Made by a program: the position numbers and the translations under genes. Shown here piece by piece: positions 56,053-64,000 of a stretch of 64,000 bases of DNA. Location: NCBI GenBank assembly GCA_963726485.1, contig CAVSCL010000011.1, positions 38,966 through 102,965 on the forward strand, written 5' to 3'. Position 1 is the stretch's first letter, and every line of letters begins with the position of its first letter. The notes under the pieces are model-generated. The model was not told where the DNA came from, ran no database searches, and saw only the letters and a list, made by a program, of their open reading frames with translations. The DNA comes from an uncultured beta proteobacterium. Lineage in GTDB: Bacteria; Pseudomonadota; Gammaproteobacteria; Burkholderiales; Thiobacillaceae.

Positions 56053-57450
56053 TCAGCGCCACTCCGGCGGCAGGTAGTTGGCGTCAGGGTCGGCCTCGAT
56101 GGGGATTTCCTTGACGATGCTGGCGTCCGCGGCCTTGTCGCGCAGCACGATCTGCGGGAAGGCGAGCACGACGGCAACCATCAACACCTGGATGCCGACG
56201 AAGGGCAGGGCGCCCCAGTAGATGTCGCTGGTTTTGACTTCTCTCGGCGCGACGCTTTTGAGATAGAACAGGGCGAAACCGAACGGCGGATGCATGAAGG
56301 AAGTCTGGATGTTCACTGCGAGCATCACGCCGAACCAGATGGGATCGATGCCCAGTTTGTAGGTGATCGGGGCGATCAGCGGCACGATGATGAAGGCGAT
56401 CTCGAAAAAATCGAGGAAGAAAGCCAGGGTGAAGACCAGCAGGTTGACCGCCACCAGAAATCCCAGCATGCCGCCGGGCAGATGCGCGAACAGATGCTCG
56501 ACCCACTGGTCGCCGTCCAGTCCGCGAAACACCAGCGAAAACACGGTGGAGCCGATGAGGATGAAAACGACGAAGGTGGTGAGTTTGGTGGTGCTGTCCA
56601 TGGCCTGACGCAAGCCGGTGAGGCTCAGACGGCGGCGCAGCAGGGCGAGGATGAGCGCACCCGCCGCGCCCATGGCGCCGCCTTCGGTGGGCGTGGCGAT
56701 GCCGAGGAAGATGGTGCCCAGCACCAGAAAAATCAGCAGCAGCGGCGGCAGCATCGTGACCAGGGCGCGCCCCCATAGCGCGGCGCCGCGCAGGACGCGC
56801 GCACTGGGGGGCAGCGCGGGAACGGCGGCCGGTTTGACCAGGCTGACGGCCAGCACATAAGCGGCATACAAGCCCACCAGCGCAAACCCCGGCAGCAGTG
56901 CGCCCTTGTACATGTCGCCGACCGACGCGCCGAGCTGGTCGGCCAGGATGATGAGTACCAGGGACGGCGGAATGATCTGTGCCAGCGTGCCGGACGCGGC
57001 GATGATGCCTGCGGCTACCCGCTTGTCGTAGCCGTAGCGCAGCATCACCGGCAGGGAAATCAGCCCCATGGCGATGACCGAAGCGGCGACCACGCCGGTG
57101 GTCGCCGCCAGCAGGCCGCCGACAAAAATCACCGAGTAGGCCAGTCCGCCGCGTATTGGACCGAACAACTGACCCAGGGTGTCGAGCAGGTCTTCGGCCA
57201 TGCCGGAGCGTTCGAGTATCAGCCCCATGAAGGTGAAGAAAGGAATGGCCAGCAGGGTTTGATTGCCGGCGATGCCGTAGACCCGCTCGGGCAGGGCCTG
57301 CAGCAGGTCAAGTCCGAAGTGGCCGGTGGCAATGCCGATTGCGGCGAACAGCAAGCCGTTGGCGGCGAGCGAAAACGCGACCGGGTAGCCCAGCAGCAGG
57401 AATGCCACCAGACCGAGGAACATCAGCGGCGCCAGGAATTCCATGCCCAT
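56053..57450 (-). CDS. dctM: TRAP transporter large permease subunit
   Basis: LLAIPFFTFMG, GTLAQIIPPS, GIATPTE, FFLDFFE, SFMHPPFGFALFYL. Confidence 0.92.
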   Translation of the reverse strand: MGMEFLAPLMFLGLVAFLLLGYPVAFSLAANGLLFAAIGIATGHFGLDLLQALPERVYGIAGNQTLLAIPFFTFMGLILERSGMAEDLLDTLGQLFGPIRGGLAYSVIFVGGLLAATTGVVAASVIAMGLISLPVMLRYGYDKRVAAGIIAASGTLAQIIPPSLVLIILADQLGASVGDMYKGALLPGFALVGLYAAYVLAVSLVKPAAVPALPPSARVLRGAALWGRALVTMLPPLLLIFLVLGTIFLGIATPTEGGAMGAAGALILALLRRRLSLTGLRQAMDSTTKLTTFVVFILIGSTVFSLVFRGLDGDQWVEHLFAHLPGGMLGFLVAVNLLVFTLAFFLDFFEIAFIIVPLIAPITYKLGIDPIWFGVMLAVNIQTSFMHPPFGFALFYLKSVAPREVKTSDIYWGALPFVGIQVLMVAVVLAFPQIVLRDKAADASIVKEIPIEADPDANYLPPEWR

Positions 57451-57457
57451 TCTGGGA

Positions 57458-57997
57458 TCAGACTTCTTCCGCAGGTCTTTCGTCGGGCATGGCATAACGG
57501 CCCGACAGCACGCCGATGCGCTTGATGACTTCCGCTACGCCCTGCAAGCCGAGCAGGCTGAATCCCAGCGGCAGCAGGAGCTTGACTGGCCAGCGCAGCA
57601 AACCGCCCGCGTCGGACGAGTGTTCCATGCTGCGCCAGGATTCGGCGAACATCGGCCATGACAGCCACACCATCAATCCGGCCAGCGGCAGCAGGAACAA
57701 CAGGCCGCCGATGAGATCGACCCACGCCTGTCCGTGCCTGGACAAGCGACCGTAGAAAATGTCGATGCGGACATGGCCGTTGTGTTTGAGGGTGTAGCCC
57801 GCGCCCAGCAGGAAAATCGCGCCGAACAGATACCACTGGATTTCAAGCCAGGCATTCGAGCTGTCGGAGAGTGCGTATCGCACCAGCGCATTTCCTGCGG
57901 AAACCAGCGTCGCGGCGAGTACCAGCCAGATGGTGATGCGCCCGACGCGTTCGTTCAGCGCGTCAATTGCGCGCGACAGTGTGAGTAGAGCATTCAT
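57458..57997 (-). CDS. dctQ: TRAP transporter small permease subunit
   Basis: Four TM helices, EIQWYLF, GHVRIDIFY, AGGLLRWPVK. Confidence 0.92.
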   Translation of the reverse strand: MNALLTLSRAIDALNERVGRITIWLVLAATLVSAGNALVRYALSDSSNAWLEIQWYLFGAIFLLGAGYTLKHNGHVRIDIFYGRLSRHGQAWVDLIGGLLFLLPLAGLMVWLSWPMFAESWRSMEHSSDAGGLLRWPVKLLLPLGFSLLGLQGVAEVIKRIGVLSGRYAMPDERPAEEV

Positions 57998-58254
57998 TCC
58001 AAAAGCGGACTCGCCGATTTCAGAGGAAGCATTTCAGCAAGCAAGGTTTCGGGGGCAATGTCCTGTTCGTGAGGCCAGGTCACCGCGCCAAATAGAATGC
58101 CCACCTGGTTGAAGTAATGTACATCCTTCAACTCGCGGAAAATGCCACGATCCAGGTAAGGTTTCATATCGAAAATCCCCTTGCGCCCGTCCATGACCTC
58201 GACATAGATACGGTAATCAGATAGTGGTTTGACGATTGTGGCATCCCAGTACAT
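57994..58254 (-). CDS. DUF2442 protein (predicted antitoxin)
   Basis: VKPLSDYRI..DGRKGIFDMKPYL..F..V..GAVTWPHEQDIAPETL. Confidence 0.82.
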   Translation of the reverse strand: MYWDATIVKPLSDYRIYVEVMDGRKGIFDMKPYLDRGIFRELKDVHYFNQVGILFGAVTWPHEQDIAPETLLAEMLPLKSASPLLE

Positions 58255-58261
58255 GGCAGCC

Positions 58262-58381
58262 TCACAAGGGAGCAATTTTGTAGGGATTTTCTCCACTAAC
58301 AGCCAGTTCCCAATCGGCCATCAGTTCATCCCGGTGCAATTCTATCCATGCCTGAACCAGTCGCAATTGCTTGCGCGGCAC
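58262..58381 (-). pseudogene. C-terminal fragment of a DUF4160 protein (predicted toxin)
   Basis: PRKQLRLVQAWIELHRDELMADWELAVSGENPYKIAPL*; N-terminal half missing. Confidence 0.75.
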
Positions 58382-58423
58382 TGTTTCACAGATCCCAATC
58401 CGACGGGATTGGAGATGGATGCC

Positions 58424-58527
58424 AGCGCATTTCCGGGAAACCAGCGTGCGGAGTACCAGATCGTCGCCCGGCCCACGCGCTCATTGAGTCGGTCGATCAG
58501 TCGGGCCAGCGAGAGCAGGGTTTTCAC
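58424..58527 (-). pseudogene. Duplicated, decayed 5' fragment of dctQ
   Basis: MKTLLSLARLIDRLNERVGRATIW..GNAL versus intact MNALLTLSRAIDALNERVGRITIW..GNAL; GTGA overlap with the esterase stop. Confidence 0.75.
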
Positions 58528-59243
58528 AGTGCGCCGGATTTCTTCAGTAGCTCGGCCAGGCGCTCCGCCACCTTGCGATAGCCTGCTGCGTTGGCGTGGA
58601 TGGGGTCGGATTTCAGGCGGGGGTCTTTCAGCACGTCATTGAAAATTTCACCTTCATAGGGCAGATGCATGTCCTCGGCGATCGCGTCATAAAACGCGGG
58701 CGCGCCGCCGAACAGCTTGGGTTCGGGCACGCCGATCAGCATGACCGATGCGCCGCTGGCCTGAATGGTCTTGATGAGCGTGCGCAGGTTGGTTTCGGTA
58801 GTGGCGGCTGCCTGTTTGCGCAACATGTCGTTGCCGCCGAGGCACAGCAAGACGAGCCGGGGATGGTATTGGTCCAGGACACCGGGCAGGCGGCGCAGCG
58901 CTTCCGTCGTCGTTTCTCCGGGCACACCGGCATTGATGACCGGGTGTCCGGTCAGTGAAGACAGCACGGCGGGATAGGTGCTGTCGGCGCTCGCACCGTC
59001 GCCATGAGTAAGGCTGTCACCGAAGGCGACAATCACGTCGCTCGGGCCGAGCTTCGGCAGACTGGGCGCACGCTCGCACGCGGCGAGCAACAGGATGGCG
59101 AGGAGCGCAGCGAAAAAACGATGTGCAAGCAGGGTGTAGGGCGGAAAAGCGAAGCGCCTTCCGCCGGATGAGCGGCCCACATTCGGCGGATAACGGCCTG
59201 CGGCCTCATCCGCCCTACGCAGACGCGAAATCAGGGTTAACAC
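58524..59243 (-). CDS. GDSL/SGNH arylesterase lipoprotein (start uncertain)
   Basis: Lipobox LAAC, AFGDSLT, NAGVPGET, GGND, DPIHAN. Confidence 0.88.
   Translation of the reverse strand: MLTLISRLRRADEAAGRYPPNVGRSSGGRRFAFPPYTLLAHRFFAALLAILLLAACERAPSLPKLGPSDVIVAFGDSLTHGDGASADSTYPAVLSSLTGHPVINAGVPGETTTEALRRLPGVLDQYHPRLVLLCLGGNDMLRKQAAATTETNLRTLIKTIQASGASVMLIGVPEPKLFGGAPAFYDAIAEDMHLPYEGEIFNDVLKDPRLKSDPIHANAAGYRKVAERLAELLKKSGAL
59136..59218. repeat. GTAG-type REP doublet (REPIN-like)
   Basis: GTAGGGCGGAAAAGCGAAGCGCCTTCCGCC and inverted GTAGGGCGGATGAGGCCGCAGGCCGTTATCCGCC. Confidence 0.85.
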
Positions 59244-59246
59244 GCC

Positions 59247-60587
59247 CTAGTTTCCCGCCACCATCATGTTGCCGATGAGGATCGAGCCGACCTGCTTGGA
59301 GCCGCGCCGTTCGATGTCGCTGCCGATGGCGACGATGTCCTTGAACATGTCGGCCAGATTGCCGGCGACGGTGATTTCCTCGACCGGGTACTGAATCACG
59401 CCGCCTTCCACCCAGAACCCCGCCGCGCCGCGCGAGTAGTCGCCGGTGACCATGTTGGCGCCGTGGCCGAGGAGTTCGGTGACGAACAAGCCCGTGCCCA
59501 TTTGTTTCAGCAGGCCGTCGAGGTCGTGTTCGCCGGGGGTGACAATGAGATTGTGATTGCCGCCGGCGTTGCCGGTGGTGCTCATGCCGAGCTTTCTCGC
59601 GGAATAGCTGGACAGGAAATAGCCTTGCACCACGCCGTCCTTCACCACATCGCGATCCAGGCAGGTCACGCCTTCGCTGTCGAAGGGCGCGCTGCCGAGA
59701 CCGCCGGGGATCAAGGGCAATTCGCGGATTTGCACCTGCGGGGAAAACACCTGCTGGCCCAGACTGTCGAGCAGGAACGAGGATTTGCGATAGAGGCTGC
59801 CGCCGGACACCGCGGCGACAAAGCTGCCGATAAGACCGGTGGCGATCGGCGCCTCGAACAGCACCGGGCACTGCCGCGTATCGAGCTTGCGGCCGTTCAG
59901 CCGGCGCACGGTGCGGCTGCCCGCGTGTCGGCCCACCACTTCGGCGGATTCCAGATCGTTGGCGTTGCGCGCGCTGCTGTACCAGTAATCGCGCTGCATC
60001 GCGCCCTTGTCCTCGCCGATGACCGCGACTGACAGGCCGTGACGCGAGCCCGCGTAGCCGTCGCAGAAACCGAGACTGTTGGCGTAGATGAAATGGGAGT
60101 CGTGGGTGTTGACGCTCGCGCCTTCGGAATTGGTGAGGCGGGCATCCACGGACAAGGCCGCCGCTTCGCAGGCGCGGGCGCGTTCGGCGGCTTCTTCCAC
60201 CGTGATGTCCCATGGGTGATACAGGTCGAGGTCGGGCGCGGATTGCGCCAGCCTGTCGGCATCCGGCAGGCCGGCGCAGTCGTCCTCGGCGGTGAAGCGG
60301 GCGATGGTGAGCGCTTTCCCTACCGCACTTTTCAGTGCCGCCTCGGACAGGTCCGAGGTCGAGGCATGACCGCGCCGCTGGCCGATATATACGTTGACTC
60401 CCGCGCCCTTGTCCTTGTTGTATTCGATGGTTTCGATCTCGCCCTTGCGCACTGCCACGTTCAGGCCAAATCCTTCCGAGATTTCGGTGTCGACGGCGGT
60501 GGCGCCGCCGTTGGTGGCATGGTCGATAACCAGGCGCGCAAGCGCGGATAACTGGTCGCGGGTGTAGCTGAAATGGGATTTGGACAT
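59247..60587 (-). CDS. pmbA: Metalloprotease PmbA (TldE)
   Basis: ETIEYNKDKG, DLDLYHPW, MQRDYWY, LYRKSSFL, PFDSEG, TGDYSRGAAG. Confidence 0.95.
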   Translation of the reverse strand: MSKSHFSYTRDQLSALARLVIDHATNGGATAVDTEISEGFGLNVAVRKGEIETIEYNKDKGAGVNVYIGQRRGHASTSDLSEAALKSAVGKALTIARFTAEDDCAGLPDADRLAQSAPDLDLYHPWDITVEEAAERARACEAAALSVDARLTNSEGASVNTHDSHFIYANSLGFCDGYAGSRHGLSVAVIGEDKGAMQRDYWYSSARNANDLESAEVVGRHAGSRTVRRLNGRKLDTRQCPVLFEAPIATGLIGSFVAAVSGGSLYRKSSFLLDSLGQQVFSPQVQIRELPLIPGGLGSAPFDSEGVTCLDRDVVKDGVVQGYFLSSYSARKLGMSTTGNAGGNHNLIVTPGEHDLDGLLKQMGTGLFVTELLGHGANMVTGDYSRGAAGFWVEGGVIQYPVEEITVAGNLADMFKDIVAIGSDIERRGSKQVGSILIGNMMVAGN

Positions 60588-60612
60588 GTGCTTTTATGTG
60601 GAAAAAACTAGA

Positions 60613-61149
60613 ATGATGATACCAGCAACCGAGTGGAAGCCCGTGAAACCCGAACTCTCCGAAGCAGAAGACCTCCCCCCCAGCAGAAGCCAGCGCAAGC
60701 GCGATGTCGAGTCCTTGCAGGATTTGGGTGCGTTGCTGGTCGGGCTGCCCGACTCGCAATTCAAACGCATGGAACTGCCGGAGGCCTTGCGCACGGCTGT
60801 CGCCGATTGCCGCAAGATCACCCAGAACGGCGCGCTGCGGCGGCAAAAGCAATACATCGGCAAGCTCATGCGCAGCATCGATCCCGCGCCGATCCAGTCC
60901 CAACTCGATGCCTTCTCCGGGCAGAGCGCGCAGGAAACCGCGCGGCTGCACCAGGCCGAAAAATGGCGTGAAAAACTGATGGCGGACGACACCGCGCTGA
61001 CCGATTTTCTGCACGCCCACGCGCATGCCGATGCCACGCATCTGCGCCAGCTGATCCGTGCCGCACGCGACGAGACCGCCCGCGGCAAGCCACCGCGGGG
61101 GTACCGCGAACTGTTCAAACTGATCCGGGAAATCATGCAGGCCAAGTAA
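60613..61149 (+). CDS. yjgA: Ribosome biogenesis factor YjgA (DarP)
   Basis: SRSQRKR, RRQKQYIGKLMR, LRQLIR, YRELFK; divergent from pmbA. Confidence 0.9.
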   Translation: MMIPATEWKPVKPELSEAEDLPPSRSQRKRDVESLQDLGALLVGLPDSQFKRMELPEALRTAVADCRKITQNGALRRQKQYIGKLMRSIDPAPIQSQLDAFSGQSAQETARLHQAEKWREKLMADDTALTDFLHAHAHADATHLRQLIRAARDETARGKPPRGYRELFKLIREIMQAK

Positions 61150-61168
61150 ACAATTCAGGGGAGCCGCC

Positions 61169-64000
61169 ATGTGGGGACGTGTCGCGAAGTTCGTGCTGAG
61201 TCTGCCGATTCTGGTTGCGGCGGGTGTGTTCGTGGCGTATCTGCTGTTCGGCTACCTGGCGGTCGACCCGCTGGCCCGAAAGCTCCTGCCCTGGTACGCG
61301 GAAAACAAGCTGGACAGCCGGATCGCGGTGGAGAAGGTGACGTTCGATCCGCTGCGCCTCACGGTCACCATCGACAAGCTGCGTCTGACCCGGCCCAATG
61401 GCGCGCCGCTCGCCGGGTTCGAGCGGCTGTACGCCGATCTTGAAGTCAGCGGCCTCATCCGCTTTGCCTGGCGGCTGAAGGACATCCGGCTCACGAGGCC
61501 CGCGGCGACGCTGGAAATCGCCCCCGGCGGCAAGTTCAACTGGGCGGATCTCATCGCCGCGCTGAAGCGGGACAAGGAGCCGCCTTCCGACACGATCCCG
61601 CGCGTGCTGATCGAGCATATCCTGATCGAGAACGGCAAGGTCGAATACACCGACCGCAATCGCCCCTCGGTCTTCAATGCGGTATTGCAGCCCATCGGGC
61701 TGGAACTGGATGGCCTGTCCACCTTGCCGGAGGACCGGGGCGACTATCTGATCGCGGCCAAACTACCGGAGCAGGGCGGCACGCTCAAGTGGAAGGGCGA
61801 GGTGGGTCTGAACCCGGTGATGTCCACAGGGGCGGTGGAACTCGGCGGGGTGAAACTCGAGCGGCTGATCCGCGTGGTGAGACGGGCGGATCTGCCACTG
61901 AAGCTCACCCATGGCGATATCCAGGCGGGCTTCAGCTACAGCTTCGCCATCTTCAAGGACAAACCGCAGGCGGTGCTGACGCGCATCCGGCTGGCGCTCG
62001 ATGACCTCGCGGCCGTGCCCGCGCAGGGTAGCGGCGCGCTGGCGGTGAAGCGCTTCGAACTGGCGCTGCCGCGGCTGGACTTTTCCATGCAGTCCGGCGC
62101 CCAGGTGAAATTTTCCGGGCTGGATCTGGGCGTCCATGACGTCCGTATAAGTCTGGGGGAAACGCCTCTGCTCACCCTGGCGCAGGCCGGAATCCACGGC
62201 GTGGATTTCGATCTGGCCGCGCGCCGCACTCGGGTGGCGCAGGTGGCGCTGACCGGCGGGGAGGCGCAGGTGACCCGCCAGGCCGACGGCAGCTTCGATT
62301 GGCAGGAGGCCTGGAAATCCCCGGCGGGGACGGCACCCGAACCCGCGGCAACGCCCGCCGCGGCAGAGGGCAAAGCTTTCGGTTTCGAGATCGCCGAGAT
62401 ACGCGTGCAGGACTGGCGTGCGCGCTCGTTTGACCGCTCGTTCCAGTATCCGGCGAGCCTGGAGATCGCGAATCTGGATATCCGGCTCGCGCTGTCGAAT
62501 CTGGACGGCCCGCTGCGGATAAACGGATTCAACAGCGAAATCGGCCCCCTCACGCTGAAGTCCGACATGCAGACCGAGCCCGCGGCCACGATTGCGAAAC
62601 TGCGGGTGGAGGGCGGCGAGTTCGACCTGGCCAGGCAGACCGCGCAGGTGCAGGCCGTCGTGCTGTCGGGCCTGCGAACCCAGGTGGTGCACACCGCCGG
62701 CCAGCCGCTCAACTGGCAGGCCATGCTGAAACAGGCCCGGATAGCGCCGCCCGTTTCCGAGCGGGCGGTGGTCAAACTGGCGGCCGGGGCGAAACGGAAC
62801 TGGACGCTCGCGCTGCAGCGGCTGGCGCTGGAAGACGCGGGGGTGCACGTGGAGGATCGCGACACCGGGGCGCCGGTGCTGCTGGATATCGATCATGGGC
62901 TGCTGGAGGCGCGCGATGTATCGCTCGACATGACGCGCGCGCTGCCGGTCAAGGCGGCTTTCCAGGTCAGACAGGGCGGGCGTTTCGAGGCCAGCGGCAC
63001 ATTCGCGCCCGATCCCCTGAAAGGCAGCCTGAACCTGAAGCTGGCCGGGCTGGCGCTGAAGCCCTTCGCGCCCTATATCAACCGGGTCGCCCGGCTGAAT
63101 CTCGAAAGCGGCACGCTGGGCTCGTCCGGCAAATTCACGCTCAAGGCGGGCAAACAGACCGCGCTGGATTTCGCCGGAGGCTTTGCCGTGGACAATCTCG
63201 CCATCACCGAGGAAGAAGGCGGCGCGCCTTTCCTCGGCTGGGAAAAGCTGGCTAGCGACGATCTCGCCGTCGGGCTTGCACCCAACCGTCTGCACATGAC
63301 CGAACTGCGGGCGACGAAACCCTTCGGCAAGATCATCATTTTCGAAGACAAGAGCGTGAACGTGAAACGCATCCTGCGCAGTCACGCCGCGACCGCGGCC
63401 GTGCCGCCCCCCGGCGATCATGCCGCAGCGGCAACCGGCGCCGCTGAACCCGCGGCCGCATCCCCGCCCGCGGCCCCGTCGGCTTCCGAGACCGGCCCCG
63501 CGGCCGAGTCCTTCCCGGTGTCCATCGAGCGGGTGCGGATCGACAACGCCGACCTGGAATTTGCCGACCTGTCGCTCACCCCGCAATTCGGCACCCAGAT
63601 CCATACGCTGTCCGGGGTCGTCAACGGCCTGTCGAGCGATGCGGCCACCACCGCGCAGGTGGAACTGGACGGCAAGGTGGATGAATACGGCTCGGCACGC
63701 ATACGCGGGACGATCCAGCCTTTCCGGGCCACCGACTTCACCGACATCACGCTCACCTTCCGCAATCTGGAAATGACCCGGCTGACGCCGTATTCCGGCA
63801 AGTTCGCGGGCCGCAAGATCGATTCGGGCAAGCTTTCGGTGGACCTCGAATACAAGATCAGGAACCGCCAGCTGGCGGGCAACAACAAGTTCATCCTCAA
63901 CAAGCTGCGCCTGGGCGAGCGCGTGGACAGCCCGGACGCGATGAAACTGCCGCTCGACCTGGCCATCGCCCTGCTGGAAGACAGCAACGGCGTGATCGAC
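61169..64000 (+). CDS. DUF748 (AsmA-like) domain protein, runs off the window end
   Basis: ATG at 61169, N-terminal TM helix, FDPLRL..NWADL, later FADLSL..GKVDEYG..LTPYSGKFAGRKI..LPLDLAIALLED; missing from the ORF track because it has no stop. Confidence 0.85.
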   Translation, partial: MWGRVAKFVLSLPILVAAGVFVAYLLFGYLAVDPLARKLLPWYAENKLDSRIAVEKVTFDPLRLTVTIDKLRLTRPNGAPLAGFERLYADLEVSGLIRFAWRLKDIRLTRPAATLEIAPGGKFNWADLIAALKRDKEPPSDTIPRVLIEHILIENGKVEYTDRNRPSVFNAVLQPIGLELDGLSTLPEDRGDYLIAAKLPEQGGTLKWKGEVGLNPVMSTGAVELGGVKLERLIRVVRRADLPLKLTHGDIQAGFSYSFAIFKDKPQAVLTRIRLALDDLAAVPAQGSGALAVKRFELALPRLDFSMQSGAQVKFSGLDLGVHDVRISLGETPLLTLAQAGIHGVDFDLAARRTRVAQVALTGGEAQVTRQADGSFDWQEAWKSPAGTAPEPAATPAAAEGKAFGFEIAEIRVQDWRARSFDRSFQYPASLEIANLDIRLALSNLDGPLRINGFNSEIGPLTLKSDMQTEPAATIAKLRVEGGEFDLARQTAQVQAVVLSGLRTQVVHTAGQPLNWQAMLKQARIAPPVSERAVVKLAAGAKRNWTLALQRLALEDAGVHVEDRDTGAPVLLDIDHGLLEARDVSLDMTRALPVKAAFQVRQGGRFEASGTFAPDPLKGSLNLKLAGLALKPFAPYINRVARLNLESGTLGSSGKFTLKAGKQTALDFAGGFAVDNLAITEEEGGAPFLGWEKLASDDLAVGLAPNRLHMTELRATKPFGKIIIFEDKSVNVKRILRSHAATAAVPPPGDHAAAATGAAEPAAASPPAAPSASETGPAAESFPVSIERVRIDNADLEFADLSLTPQFGTQIHTLSGVVNGLSSDAATTAQVELDGKVDEYGSARIRGTIQPFRATDFTDITLTFRNLEMTRLTPYSGKFAGRKIDSGKLSVDLEYKIRNRQLAGNNKFILNKLRLGERVDSPDAMKLPLDLAIALLEDSNGVID

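Overview
A GC-rich betaproteobacterial chromosome segment. Gene content and order (sat-aprBA, hisBHAFIE-HIT-tatABC, thrS-infC-rpmI-rplT-pheST-ihfA-merR-tRNA-Pro, surE-pcm-nlpD-rpoS, alaA-hom-thrC, xseB-ispA-dxs-folE2) suggest a Thiobacillus-like sulfur oxidizer; this assignment is inference. Many conserved or essential genes carry single-base frameshifts, densest at about 33-53 kb, most likely long-read consensus errors. Points of interest: (1) sat-aprB-aprA is followed by a YkgJ-type Cys-cluster protein, a DUF4124-like protein, a CbbQ/NorQ-type MoxR AAA+ ATPase, its vWA partner and a small conserved-looking ORF, with no Rubisco or NO reductase in the window, making this a candidate dedicated APS-reductase/sulfur-enzyme maturation system; (2) a decayed chromosomal integron at 54.0-56.0 kb (intI stub, putative attI, a PD-(D/E)xK-like nuclease cassette, a DMT cassette with a collapsed attC, a truncated vapC cassette); (3) several families of short palindromic repeats, including nested modular elements open in-frame at gene 5' ends and a 27-bp covarying palindrome found 8 times; (4) an accessory stretch at 1-6.2 kb with a Tat-exported Fe-SOD, a FeoB-like protein with degenerate GTPase motifs, an IS1182-derived MITE and gene remnants; (5) an NtrC/IHF/sigma54 promoter upstream of amt. 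All family assignments come from motif recognition, not database searches.
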